NCBI RefSeq assembly: GCF_000619845.1
Contig: NZ_JHUX01000009.1
Location: 60,001 to 92,000 of the forward strand
Origin: Alkanindiges illinoisensis DSM 15370
Lineage (GTDB): Bacteria; Pseudomonadota; Gammaproteobacteria; Pseudomonadales; Moraxellaceae
Direction: 5' to 3'
Length of the DNA: 32,000 nucleotides
Shown here in pieces: positions 1 to 7,815 of this stretch. The position numbers and the translations under genes were made by a program. The stretch's first letter is position 1. The number at the start of each line of letters is the position of its first letter. Below the pieces are notes generated by a model. It saw only the letters and a program-made list of their open reading frames with translations, ran no database searches and was not told the DNA's origin.

Positions 1-322
1 GAATTCAAGCCTGAAGGCCGGTGTAGAACATCTGGCACCGCAGCAATTTCCCAAAAAAATGACGAGATAAAGCAACCTAAGATCCGCACTAGATTTTCAT
101 TGAGCTTAATGTAAAGTTTTTCGTAGAGCGCGGTATTACTTTGATTTATTAGCAGCTTGGAAAATATTCTTTTTGTGATTAATAAAATTTCAATGCATTG
201 CTTCAAATTAGCGTTTCTCTTTAAGCATTGATCTAAGCTTGATTAATGATATTCATGCTTATTATTAATTAGGCTTAATACAAGTAGGCAGCCAGCATAC
301 TCTGGGGTAGGCAAAACCAGCG

Positions 323-985
323 CTATGGTTTTTTGGCTATCGTTTCAAGAGCGGTTTGATTGTCGCTTAGCCAAGAGGCTGTTATCTCACAACGAAATCT
401 CACCAGTTCTATTATTTTATGATAATCATCAGCTAATGCTCGATTAAAAATAGGTTCATGATGGGCAATTCGATTTCTCAAATATCGAATTTGATCAAGA
501 TACTGGTAAATCATTGTGCGTCGTTCTGTTATGGTTTTTGCTACATCCATATTGGGTAGTACGCTAGTGAGATAAGGAATCCATAGACGTTCATCATAAC
601 GTTGAGTAAACATTTTTTGCCAGAACACAAATTTAAGTTCCGGGATAACTTTCCCTGTAGCCTGAGTACTTCGTCGTGCATTCATCAGATCCCTGCGTGG
701 ACTGTACCCAATGCGCGGGTCGGGTAAGCTTCTTTCAAAAACTGTTGCCCAAGGCCACTGGGTTCCATAAACAGATTCTAAAGCAGCGGCAACAGCATTA
801 CGGATCACTACCTCACAAAGATGTAACGGCGTTAGTAACGCTCCGGACACTTGTGCATTCCATGCATAAAGGTGCAAAGCTGCCAGCTCATCAACATTTG
901 CTGTCCCAATGGCCGTTTCATAGGTTGCAATTCGCGCTGGAGAGATTGCTGTTTTTATGGCATTAATCATTGCTTGGTTTGACAT
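323..985 (-). CDS. Abi_2 (AbiD/AbiF-like) abortive-infection protein, HEPN-type RNase predicted
   Basis: 220-aa ORF. The C-terminal segment YLRNRIAHHEPIF carries the Rx4H HEPN motif in the form typical of Abi_2-family proteins. The N-terminal helix EVVIRNAVAAAL also fits the family. No Shine-Dalgarno is visible upstream of the ATG. Confidence 0.7.
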   Translation of the reverse strand: MSNQAMINAIKTAISPARIATYETAIGTANVDELAALHLYAWNAQVSGALLTPLHLCEVVIRNAVAAALESVYGTQWPWATVFERSLPDPRIGYSPRRDLMNARRSTQATGKVIPELKFVFWQKMFTQRYDERLWIPYLTSVLPNMDVAKTITERRTMIYQYLDQIRYLRNRIAHHEPIFNRALADDYHKIIELVRFRCEITASWLSDNQTALETIAKKP

Positions 986-1006
986 GTGTAGTATTAACTG
1001 TATAAT
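979..1006 (+). promoter_or_regulatory. Near-consensus sigma70 promoter (TTGACA-N16-TATAAT) pointing away from the Abi gene
   Basis: TTGACA at 979-984 and TATAAT at 1001-1006, read directly. The -35 hexamer overlaps the Abi start codon (983-985 on the - strand). Confidence 0.5.
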
Positions 1007-1012
1007 AAAGGC

Positions 1013-1096
1013 ACTAGCTATAGGACTTGCGGGCGAAAGCCTCCCCCTGTAGACGTACGATAGTATATGAAAAAACCCGCTTTTTGCGGGTTTTTT
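1013..1096 (+). ncRNA. Candidate ~85-nt small RNA or terminated leader
   Basis: Predicted start is about 7 nt after the -10 element. No ORF is present. There is an internal GGC-GAAA-GCC tetraloop hairpin (1032-1041), and the transcript ends at an intrinsic terminator (1076-1096). I did not recognise it as a known RNA family. Confidence 0.35.
1071..1096. terminator. Bidirectional rho-independent terminator
   Basis: AAAAA-CCCGC-TTTTT-GCGGG-TTTTTT: a 5-bp GC stem (1076-1080/1086-1090) flanked by an A-run and a T-run. Confidence 0.7.
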
Positions 1097-1250
1097 CTTG
1101 TCGTTTTAACATGAAATTTATTCTAAAAAATAGATACATAGCCATGTGCGTTTGGTACGAAAAGTGTGGCTAATAATCAAATCGCATAAGACATTATGGG
1201 TTAAACTCGTATGATCCCAACCTAATTCATCGTGATTTGATCTTGATGAT

Positions 1251-2471
1251 ATGACAATAATGCCGTCAAGCCCGCTGATTAAGCAATTAAAGCAGATGAC
1301 TCATCCCATACTGAGTTCATTTCGTTTGTTTCTTCGGGTGAAAAGTATTGCAGCCTCGTCTTGTGGTCATACCTTTGCCTATGGCATTGACCTCAATACT
1401 GATGAAATCATTAAGGTCCGGCTCAATACTGTCGATGAAGGCGTTGACGATTTAATGCAGGCCAGACAGATGAGCCGGGAACTGGCTCTAAAGCAGGTTA
1501 AATCCCAGTACACAGGCGCCAATAGTCGGGACAGTTTGCAGACCAAACGCGATAAATATCAGGCTGTTTATTTGTCCTTTGACCGTTGCATTGAAATTCC
1601 ATCTACAGAATTTGGTATTAAGGCCTATCGCAGCCACTGGGCAGAACTTATGAGTGCTGATCCGAGCGCTGAAGTGATATTTGGCTTAGGCCATGTGCAT
1701 CGTCAACCGAGTGATCCTGTACTACAAAATCAAAAGCCTGGGGCGGCATGGACTGAAATTGTCGAAGCAATTGAGATACTGACACCACAACAGCAAAGTT
1801 CTAATCATCAAAGTCTCATAGCTGCCTTAAGCCCGACGGATGAGCAGCATCGACCCCGGGAAGGCTATGCGGTATTACAGGTGTATGAGCAGGATCAGCT
1901 GCAAAGTGAAATAAAGATTTTTCAGCATCGAAAGGCGGTAACGCATCCTGATCCTCAAGGACAAGCGCTCTCCGTTTTACAGGCGGTGTCAGCAGAAGAA
2001 ACGCTAGAGTATTATTTTAATGGCCTTGTGACCAAGACTAATACGGAATTTGATATCTTACGTGACATTGCCCGGATCATCTTGAATATTTGTTGTGGCC
2101 ATCCGGTTAGTGCTTCACAATTTTCAAGTCAAGCCACTGATTATCTAGCGTCCTTACGCCAGCTTTATCGCCGTTTTAAAGACCAGCAATTGACGGTGCG
2201 CTTAATTGCGGTTCGTACCATCTTATTTGGCCCCTACAAGATTCGCAGCCTGCTGGCCAGTAATCCCCAAAAAGGCCCTTTAAAGCTGTATCAAAATTAC
2301 CAGTTTTTACCCACCATTCTGGTGATTCAGCGGCATGCCGATTCAGGCCGGGCTTTTGGGGTTTTCGCCTTGCCTGCTGAACAGGCTTCATCATTTAAAC
2401 CCTGCACCTTGTCAGCATTGCCCTTAGATATGGCACAATACAACTATCGGCATCTGATCGCAGAGGAGTAG
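1251..2471 (+). CDS. Hypothetical protein, 406 aa, no family recognised
   Basis: Long ORF and first gene of a co-directional trio. No Walker, nuclease or HTH motif recognised. Start codon uncertain because there is no clear RBS. Confidence 0.55.
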   Translation: MTIMPSSPLIKQLKQMTHPILSSFRLFLRVKSIAASSCGHTFAYGIDLNTDEIIKVRLNTVDEGVDDLMQARQMSRELALKQVKSQYTGANSRDSLQTKRDKYQAVYLSFDRCIEIPSTEFGIKAYRSHWAELMSADPSAEVIFGLGHVHRQPSDPVLQNQKPGAAWTEIVEAIEILTPQQQSSNHQSLIAALSPTDEQHRPREGYAVLQVYEQDQLQSEIKIFQHRKAVTHPDPQGQALSVLQAVSAEETLEYYFNGLVTKTNTEFDILRDIARIILNICCGHPVSASQFSSQATDYLASLRQLYRRFKDQQLTVRLIAVRTILFGPYKIRSLLASNPQKGPLKLYQNYQFLPTILVIQRHADSGRAFGVFALPAEQASSFKPCTLSALPLDMAQYNYRHLIAEE

Positions 2472-2478
2472 ATTCGCC

Positions 2479-2724
2479 ATGACAGATCAGCCAGAAAACG
2501 AGAAAAACAAACGTACTGAAGCCCAGCGCAATGCTGAGTTACGGCATGAACAGCACCGCATTCATTTTAAGATTAGTGCCAACTTAAAAACCAATCCTGC
2601 CTACGCCCGTAAATTTCAGCGATATCAGGAGGCTAATTTATTGGGAACATTATTGAAGGAAGCGCTGCTCAATGCGCCAGAGAACCCTGAAGACTTTGTG
2701 CCCTTAAAATCCAAAAAAACTTAA
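2479..2724 (+). CDS. Small basic protein, possibly ribbon-helix-helix DNA binding
   Basis: 81-aa ORF starting 7 nt after the previous stop. It has a Lys/Arg/Glu-rich N-terminus, then a RIHFKIS strand-like segment followed by two helix-like segments. The RHH call is inferred from this pattern only. Confidence 0.5.
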   Translation: MTDQPENEKNKRTEAQRNAELRHEQHRIHFKISANLKTNPAYARKFQRYQEANLLGTLLKEALLNAPENPEDFVPLKSKKT

Positions 2725-2798
2725 GAAAATTTTTCTATATCAGCTTATAAATACACAACCAGATGTAGGAAGTAGAACAACAATGAAGAGACAGAGTC

Positions 2799-3854
2799 AT
2801 GAATATATTAAATGAACTTGATGCATTAACATCATTACAACTAGAAATTATGATTTACAGGGCAATTGAAGAGGCGATCAGTACAGGTCAGAATGAACCT
2901 AGTATTGTGGCAGAGCTCACCAAAAAAATTCCTGAGTCTTTAAAATCACTAACTAAAATTGGAAAATACACATTAACTACAGGAGGAATTTTTGTTCATC
3001 AGACGCCAAAAGTTAAATTTAATGGAATGCAAAAGACAAGCATTGAAATTGGTGATCTGCTTTTATTAAATACGATTATTGATCAGCGTGGGAATCGATC
3101 CAGGCGGGCAATGCTATTTCAGGCAAAGATGGTTGATGCATTACCTGCGACCCCTGACAATGGCGATCAGCATGATCTTTATGAAAAGTGGCCCTTGTAT
3201 ACTTATGTACATGGAGCGCTACAAAATCAGCATCGCTATATTACAGCGCCCGATCTACATTTGGCTGCAAAGTATCTATTATTAAATAAAAATAATGCCG
3301 GGATACCTTTTAAAAGGCATTATTTGAAGCAAGCACTGGCCAATGCAAGTGCATTAACAGCGAGTCCAACTCGTCCCTTAAATCATTATCAGTGCTTTGC
3401 AGAGGAGCTTCGGCAGTTTATTTTAGGAAATGCCGGGAAGATTTTTTTGGCCATGGATGATCAGGATTATAAGAATTACTCTGATTTACATAATATAGGA
3501 ATATCTTATCCTCCTTCTGTGAAAAACGTACTACCTTTTCTTTTCGGATTTTATGATTGGGAGGGCTGGAGCTTGATGGTTAATGATCTTATCCGCTCTA
3601 CCGCTCGTAAAGCGACGAGATTAATGAATGTACAGCCATCTTCACAAGCTACAGGAGTAAGAGGCGTCAACGTTGAAAATATAATGATGTTTACATCTTC
3701 TATAAGTTTAATTTCGCAATTGGCTCCTCCTTCAGATCAAGTACCAACTGATAAGAATGATCCTAACGAAGAAGATGGAGGTATCAGTATTATTGAGTTT
3801 ATTTTACAAGAAGTCGAAGGTACTGAAAATAATAAATATTTAGAAGAGATTTAA
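2799..3854 (+). CDS. Hypothetical protein with an N-terminal PD-(D/E)xK-like nuclease signature
   Basis: 351-aa ORF. An acidic helix (LQLEIMIYRAIEEAI) is followed by IEIGD86LLLL and RAMLFQ108AK110M, matching D-x(n)-(E/Q)-x-K spacing. The remainder was not recognised. The C-terminal tail is acidic. Confidence 0.55.
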   Translation: MNILNELDALTSLQLEIMIYRAIEEAISTGQNEPSIVAELTKKIPESLKSLTKIGKYTLTTGGIFVHQTPKVKFNGMQKTSIEIGDLLLLNTIIDQRGNRSRRAMLFQAKMVDALPATPDNGDQHDLYEKWPLYTYVHGALQNQHRYITAPDLHLAAKYLLLNKNNAGIPFKRHYLKQALANASALTASPTRPLNHYQCFAEELRQFILGNAGKIFLAMDDQDYKNYSDLHNIGISYPPSVKNVLPFLFGFYDWEGWSLMVNDLIRSTARKATRLMNVQPSSQATGVRGVNVENIMMFTSSISLISQLAPPSDQVPTDKNDPNEEDGGISIIEFILQEVEGTENNKYLEEI

Positions 3855-3863
3855 GTGTAAGTA

Positions 3864-4502
3864 TTAAAGCGTCTGATTAAACTTTAATAAAAGATAGAGA
3901 TTATTATAAGTCGGATAGGTTGCTGTGAGAGATGGAAAATAAAGTTTTTTAACTTCCTTGATCGCAGGCTGCAAAATAAACTGCTTGAGATTATCCACTC
4001 GGTGATAAGAGCTTAAATGTTCAATCTGAAACATGGCTAAAATTTCTGGAAGATTAAACTGCTGCATCTTTGCTCCAGGCTCAATGTATAAATATAAAAT
4101 CTTGGCCATTGGTGTATTTAAACGAGCCAGATTTTCAATCAGCTTACTATCAAAGGCCTGCTGAATTGCAGTCAGGTGCTCCTGTAGTACGCTACTTAAT
4201 CCAATACGCAACGTTAACTGATCTAGGCTGAGCTGATGATGGCTGAAGCAAAAAAATTTAATAAAGTGGGGATGCAGACGACTAGCACTAAAAAATAGCG
4301 GTTTGGTGGCCAGTGCATCAATCACTGGCCAGAGCTGATAAGTCGCCGCAAAGTGGCTATTGAGGTGATCCAGTAATTCAGCTGTAGAGAGAATAATCTG
4401 TGGTTGCAAGGCCTGCCGATGATTAACCAGCTCATGAATCAGTGCCTGCTCAGGCAGAGATAACAGAGAGAGTGCCAGGCAGATTTCATGCTCAATCTTC
4501 AT
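3864..4502 (-). CDS. Rep_3-like (RepB/pi-type) winged-helix protein, short form
   Basis: 212 aa. The N-terminal LSLPEQALIHELV resembles the Rep_3 WH1 start. The C-terminal SSYHRVDNLKQFILQPAIKEV resembles the conserved Rep_3 WH2 segment (Y-R-x-DNLK-x-x-VI-x-x-A-x-K-x-I) of Acinetobacter Rep proteins as I recall them. Confidence 0.5.
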   Translation of the reverse strand: MKIEHEICLALSLLSLPEQALIHELVNHRQALQPQIILSTAELLDHLNSHFAATYQLWPVIDALATKPLFFSASRLHPHFIKFFCFSHHQLSLDQLTLRIGLSSVLQEHLTAIQQAFDSKLIENLARLNTPMAKILYLYIEPGAKMQQFNLPEILAMFQIEHLSSYHRVDNLKQFILQPAIKEVKKLYFPSLTATYPTYNNLYLLLKFNQTL

Positions 4503-4597
4503 GGTTGATCAATCATCAAAGGGGAGGGCAGTTCGAATCAGCTTAGCATACAATAAAGGCAATCCTGTTTGAACTATCCCAACACTGGCTCATTCAT

Positions 4598-4963
4598 ATG
4601 CTTGAAAATCCCTTGATGCAAGAACAGATCCGCAAACGGTTTTCCAAACTTCGACCGTTTGAGCAGCAGTTGCTTAGAGTGATTATTCAAAAAGCCATTA
4701 CTCAAAATCAGCCGGCGGCTTTCTGGGTAGACCTATCCTTCACCACGGTACACCAGCTGATGGGATCACATTATCCTAAAGCACTGGCCGAGCAACAGAT
4801 TGTAAAATCTTTAGAGGCCTTATTATTTGCCCGGGGTTATTTTCATGCCCCAGATCACGCCAGCCTGGAATATCAATTTATCGGCGGCTATAAGATAAAC
4901 CCAGATTTCTCTATCCGGGTTTATCTTAATTCACTGATTCAACCTTATCTGGTGCAATTATAG
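4598..4963 (+). CDS. Rep_3 WH1-domain-only protein (truncated rep or stand-alone winged helix)
   Basis: 121 aa. LRPFEQQLLRVII..., ...ALLFARGYF... and ...IRVYLNSLIQPYLVQL parallel the Rep_3 N-terminal domain. The ORF stops where the WH1-WH2 linker would begin. Confidence 0.45.
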   Translation: MLENPLMQEQIRKRFSKLRPFEQQLLRVIIQKAITQNQPAAFWVDLSFTTVHQLMGSHYPKALAEQQIVKSLEALLFARGYFHAPDHASLEYQFIGGYKINPDFSIRVYLNSLIQPYLVQL

Positions 4964-4983
4964 AGACTAATAATTACTTCTCT

Positions 4984-5182
4984 CCTAAATATATGGGAAC
5001 ACCATAGGATAGATAAGATTTAGCAACTCACTTCCATACTATATCTCTCAATTAACCCGCTTTATTTATCGTCAACGATATTAATCAATCGTTATCGATA
5101 AAGCAGGGCAGAAAGCTAATGTTTGGATAGGCCTTAAGAAGGATGATAGTAGATACTTTTATGGTGTTCCCATATATTTAGG
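4984..5182. repeat. 199-bp element with perfect 23-bp terminal inverted repeats and a concentric internal palindrome (MITE-like)
   Basis: CCTAAATATATGGGAACACCATA at 4984-5006 is the exact reverse complement of 5160-5182. An imperfect palindrome at 5059-5104 (core AACGAT/ATCGTT) is centred within about 1 bp of the outer repeat centre. Flanks are TACTTCTCT and TACTGCTTT (7/9 identical). Confidence 0.6.
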
Positions 5183-6581
5183 TACTGCTTTGCCCATCAA
5201 GCCACCTTAATACCTTTTCATCATTCTGTGCTAATTGCCTAATAGATTGATGAAATGATTTCACCTTAAAATTGGTCTGGTAAAAACCTTCATTCACTGC
5301 CGCTGCTAAAAAATATGGGTTCATGAGTTCAGGATACTGTACGGTGAGCTGAGCTAATAGATTCATTTGATAGGCTTTAACTATAAGCTTTGCCATTTCA
5401 TTTTTAGGAATAGTGGCCAGATTACCCTGGGCTTTTTCAAGTCTTGCAAAAATATCAGTCTTTGTGGTTTGCCGGTAAAGTTCCATATCCTCAATCTTGC
5501 GTATCATTTGCATTTTTGCAGGCATGGTCTGCTTTATGGCTAATAAGGTAGCGACTTCTATTCGCCAACGGCTACTTTCAAGTGATTCGCTAAACAAACC
5601 TTTCCAAAGACGCTTTTTTGCAGAATCAGAGAGTAAGGGAACTAGTTCGGTTAAAATAGACTTGGCAGTTTGACTGGGTGTCATAAAAAACTGGCTTGCT
5701 GGTGAGCGTATTAATTCATAAATGATTCTAACAGTGTGCTGATAAAGCTCACGCTGGTTGTAGTTTCCCTGCATGATTTTTGCCTGTTGCAGCAACTGCG
5801 CTATATCACTGATTACGATGGGGATAGGGTCAGTAAAGACGGTTGCATAGGCCTGATAAAGCCTAGTGAGTGATTTATATTGTTCAAGCAGGGCCAAAAG
5901 CCTGGCCTGTACATCATGGAAATTAACATAATGGGGCTGACAAGAAGCACAGATTCTGGGTTTTCTGCTGGGACTCGCATCTAGTACCTGCCAGTAATGC
6001 AATGTGGTATCTGGCTGTTCATTGAGTAAGGTATCAGCAGATAATTCCACCCAGCGGTTAATACCTGATTTTTTGACAGAATCTACCCGATGTGAGTGAT
6101 ATACCTCAAACATCAAGAAAGGATTGGTTTTCTCGTATTCCTCAAACACAGCCACATCACCACGAAAGCTCGTATCAGGATAGTTATATTCACTAATGGC
6201 CTGATTGACACTGGCTGGCAAGGTATAGATAAACTGATGTTTCCCACAAAAATGGCAAGGGAAGTGAAGGCAAATCTGGTGATGTTCAGTAATGGCCAGA
6301 ACAATGCGCTGTTTACCCAGAATATGTTGCAATGACTCATTACTACAATTTCTATGTTCGACATGCCTAAAGTGATGTACACGTTCAGTGCCAGCAACCA
6401 CAATGAGTGGATGGCCACAATCCGGGTCAGGACAATAATAATGATGCTGTTGGCTTTCTGCTCGTCGTGCAACAGCCTGAGTAATTGATATGATTTTGCC
6501 CTGCTGATCCAATGCCGATCTAAACCAGCTGCTGATAGAAGTATTGGTTAGTGCTGTTATTGATTGATCCCTGTCCATCAT
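5178..6581 (-). CDS. CoiA-like Zn-ribbon / PD-(D/E)xK nuclease domain protein with a long helical C-terminal extension
   Basis: 467 aa. CPDPDCGHP...VHHFRH...C.NESLQH..GK, a second CHFCGK pair, then RGDVAVF...FLMFEVYHSH. This has the same order and spacing as the CoiA family (C-x-x-C...HFAH...ES..H...D...E-V-Q-x-S). About 270 aa of unassigned helical sequence follow. Confidence 0.6.
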   Translation of the reverse strand: MMDRDQSITALTNTSISSWFRSALDQQGKIISITQAVARRAESQQHHYYCPDPDCGHPLIVVAGTERVHHFRHVEHRNCSNESLQHILGKQRIVLAITEHHQICLHFPCHFCGKHQFIYTLPASVNQAISEYNYPDTSFRGDVAVFEEYEKTNPFLMFEVYHSHRVDSVKKSGINRWVELSADTLLNEQPDTTLHYWQVLDASPSRKPRICASCQPHYVNFHDVQARLLALLEQYKSLTRLYQAYATVFTDPIPIVISDIAQLLQQAKIMQGNYNQRELYQHTVRIIYELIRSPASQFFMTPSQTAKSILTELVPLLSDSAKKRLWKGLFSESLESSRWRIEVATLLAIKQTMPAKMQMIRKIEDMELYRQTTKTDIFARLEKAQGNLATIPKNEMAKLIVKAYQMNLLAQLTVQYPELMNPYFLAAAVNEGFYQTNFKVKSFHQSIRQLAQNDEKVLRWLDGQSST

Positions 6582-6851
6582 CTATTCCTGGTACAGTTTT
6601 ATTTTGAAATTTCTCAAGGTATTCTATTTAAGCATTCACCCATAAATCCTGGGATTTGCCCAAGCAATCTTTATAACTATCAAAAATAATGAATCATTAA
6701 GGTAAATCCAATCCTGATTCCCAATTACTTCAAGATTCATGGAGTTATGGCGACATTCTGCGTCGTAGCGCACAATTGTAACTGTTGCTTTTCTTAAAGG
6801 TTTAGCTCAGTCTTAATTGACTAATAAATAAGCGAAAAGGTAGATTTCATC

Positions 6852-7811
6852 ATGAATCCTTTTGATGATATTCCCAAGATTAATCATTGGTTAGATTTAG
6901 AAAACAGAGAAAAATTTTCAGCGTGTATTGATTTAAAGCAAATTAAAGAACCTCAACCCTTAAAAAAGGTCATTGCTGCCTACGAGTTGTCTCCCAAGGT
7001 CTATTGTGGGATTGCCAGTTGTCATACTGCTCACCATAAAGGATTTTTAGTTGAGCTATTTGATGGCTCGGAAACTATTGTCGGGCATTGCTGTGGCAAG
7101 AAATATTTTGGTCGTGATTTTACCGTTGAAAAAAACCGACTTACCAAACTTGCTACTGACAAGCAAAACTATGAAATCATTACTCGCTTTATCAAAAATC
7201 TGTCTGTTCATAAAAATGAATTTAATAATGTATTTAATGAAAATGAGCTTAACTGTGGCTTTAAGAAACTGATGCTAGCGGTCATTGATTTTAATACTGT
7301 CAGGACAAACATCAGTAGCCAGACCTTTAGTAATATTGGCTATGATGGAGAGGTATTCCAACTCGTCAGGAAGTCAGATAAGGATATAGAAATTGAGAGA
7401 GTTGCAGGACAAGGACAGTTGATTGAAACTCATCAAAAGCACATTATTGCAAAAATAAATCACTTTAACCTGCTGTTTCAAATTGATAAATTTTATCAAT
7501 TAAAGGATTATTTTTCTAATCTTTTCATTTTCTTTGAACGCCACGGACGAGGCTTTACCAGCAATCAGCTTAAACAGTATGGCAAGCTGGTCAAAGATTT
7601 TGATAATAAGCTCTATGAGATGAAAATATTAGCTAAGCAAGGTTCTAATTTATTGAGTAAAACCAATCTAGAGAAGTTGAATCTGGCAATAGGGCCTCAC
7701 AGAGTTTCCGAATTACGTTTGGTCAATGCTTTTATTAATCGGCAGGCTTATTGTTATCTAAACAGGCAAGCTTTAAATTTCATGAATAGTCACAAAATTT
7801 TGACATGGTGA
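6852..7811 (+). CDS. Hypothetical Cys/His-cluster protein with a coiled-coil-like C-terminal region
   Basis: 319 aa. C-x4-CH-x2-HH...GHCCGKKYFG cluster (aa ~52-85), then Lys/Glu/Asn-rich heptad-like sequence. Divergent from the CoiA-like gene across a 270-bp spacer. Confidence 0.55.
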   Translation: MNPFDDIPKINHWLDLENREKFSACIDLKQIKEPQPLKKVIAAYELSPKVYCGIASCHTAHHKGFLVELFDGSETIVGHCCGKKYFGRDFTVEKNRLTKLATDKQNYEIITRFIKNLSVHKNEFNNVFNENELNCGFKKLMLAVIDFNTVRTNISSQTFSNIGYDGEVFQLVRKSDKDIEIERVAGQGQLIETHQKHIIAKINHFNLLFQIDKFYQLKDYFSNLFIFFERHGRGFTSNQLKQYGKLVKDFDNKLYEMKILAKQGSNLLSKTNLEKLNLAIGPHRVSELRLVNAFINRQAYCYLNRQALNFMNSHKILTW

Positions 7812-7815
7812 TTTT

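Noticed and set aside
1-114. An open reading frame running from the window edge to a TAA at 112-114 on the + strand, possibly the 3' end of a gene.
   Set aside because: Only 37 codons are visible and there is no recognisable motif, so it is not supportable.
676-966. Many ORF-track entries lie antisense to, or nested inside, long well-supported genes. Examples are 676-966, 2176-2394, 3079-3285, 6096-6472, 7051-7272, 7780-8001, 8459-8942, 9933-10127, 10959-11162, 11692-12030, 12214-13618, 14242-14445, 15182-15376, 15831-16043, 15959-16198, 19539-20792, 23381-25206, 25758-27824, 29322-29803 and 31275-31818.
   Set aside because: They overlap genes with clear family signatures, have odd composition (Cys/Arg/His-rich or low complexity), and lack RBS or context. 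I treat them as shadow ORFs.
996-1012. CTGTATAATAAAGGCAC near the Abi start as a possible LexA/SOS box, and a palindrome search upstream of umuD (10109-10310).
   Set aside because: It lacks the ACAG half of CTGT-N8-ACAG. Upstream of umuD only short imperfect repeats occur (CTAAAG x2, ATGCT/AGCAT), and nothing resembles the known UmuDAb or LexA operators I recall.
1179-1206. pdif-like sequence AAATCGCATAA-GACA-TTATGGGTTAAA between the terminator and ORF 1251.
   Set aside because: The XerC-like arm is good (9/11), but the XerD arm needs a 2-bp GG insertion and the spacer would be 4 nt rather than 6. At best it is a decayed relic and cannot be called a site from sequence alone.
4503-4597. A search for Rep_3 iterons or a DnaA box near the Rep-like genes, also covering 4964-5177.
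   Set aside because: No set of 3-4 direct repeats of about 20 bp was found, only scattered GGATAG/GGATGA pentamers. No origin feature is reported.
5921-5948. AATTAACATAA (10/11 to the XerD arm complement) inside the CoiA-like CDS.
   Set aside because: The adjoining XerC position matches only ~6/11 and the site lies in coding sequence. It is probably chance in AT-rich DNA.
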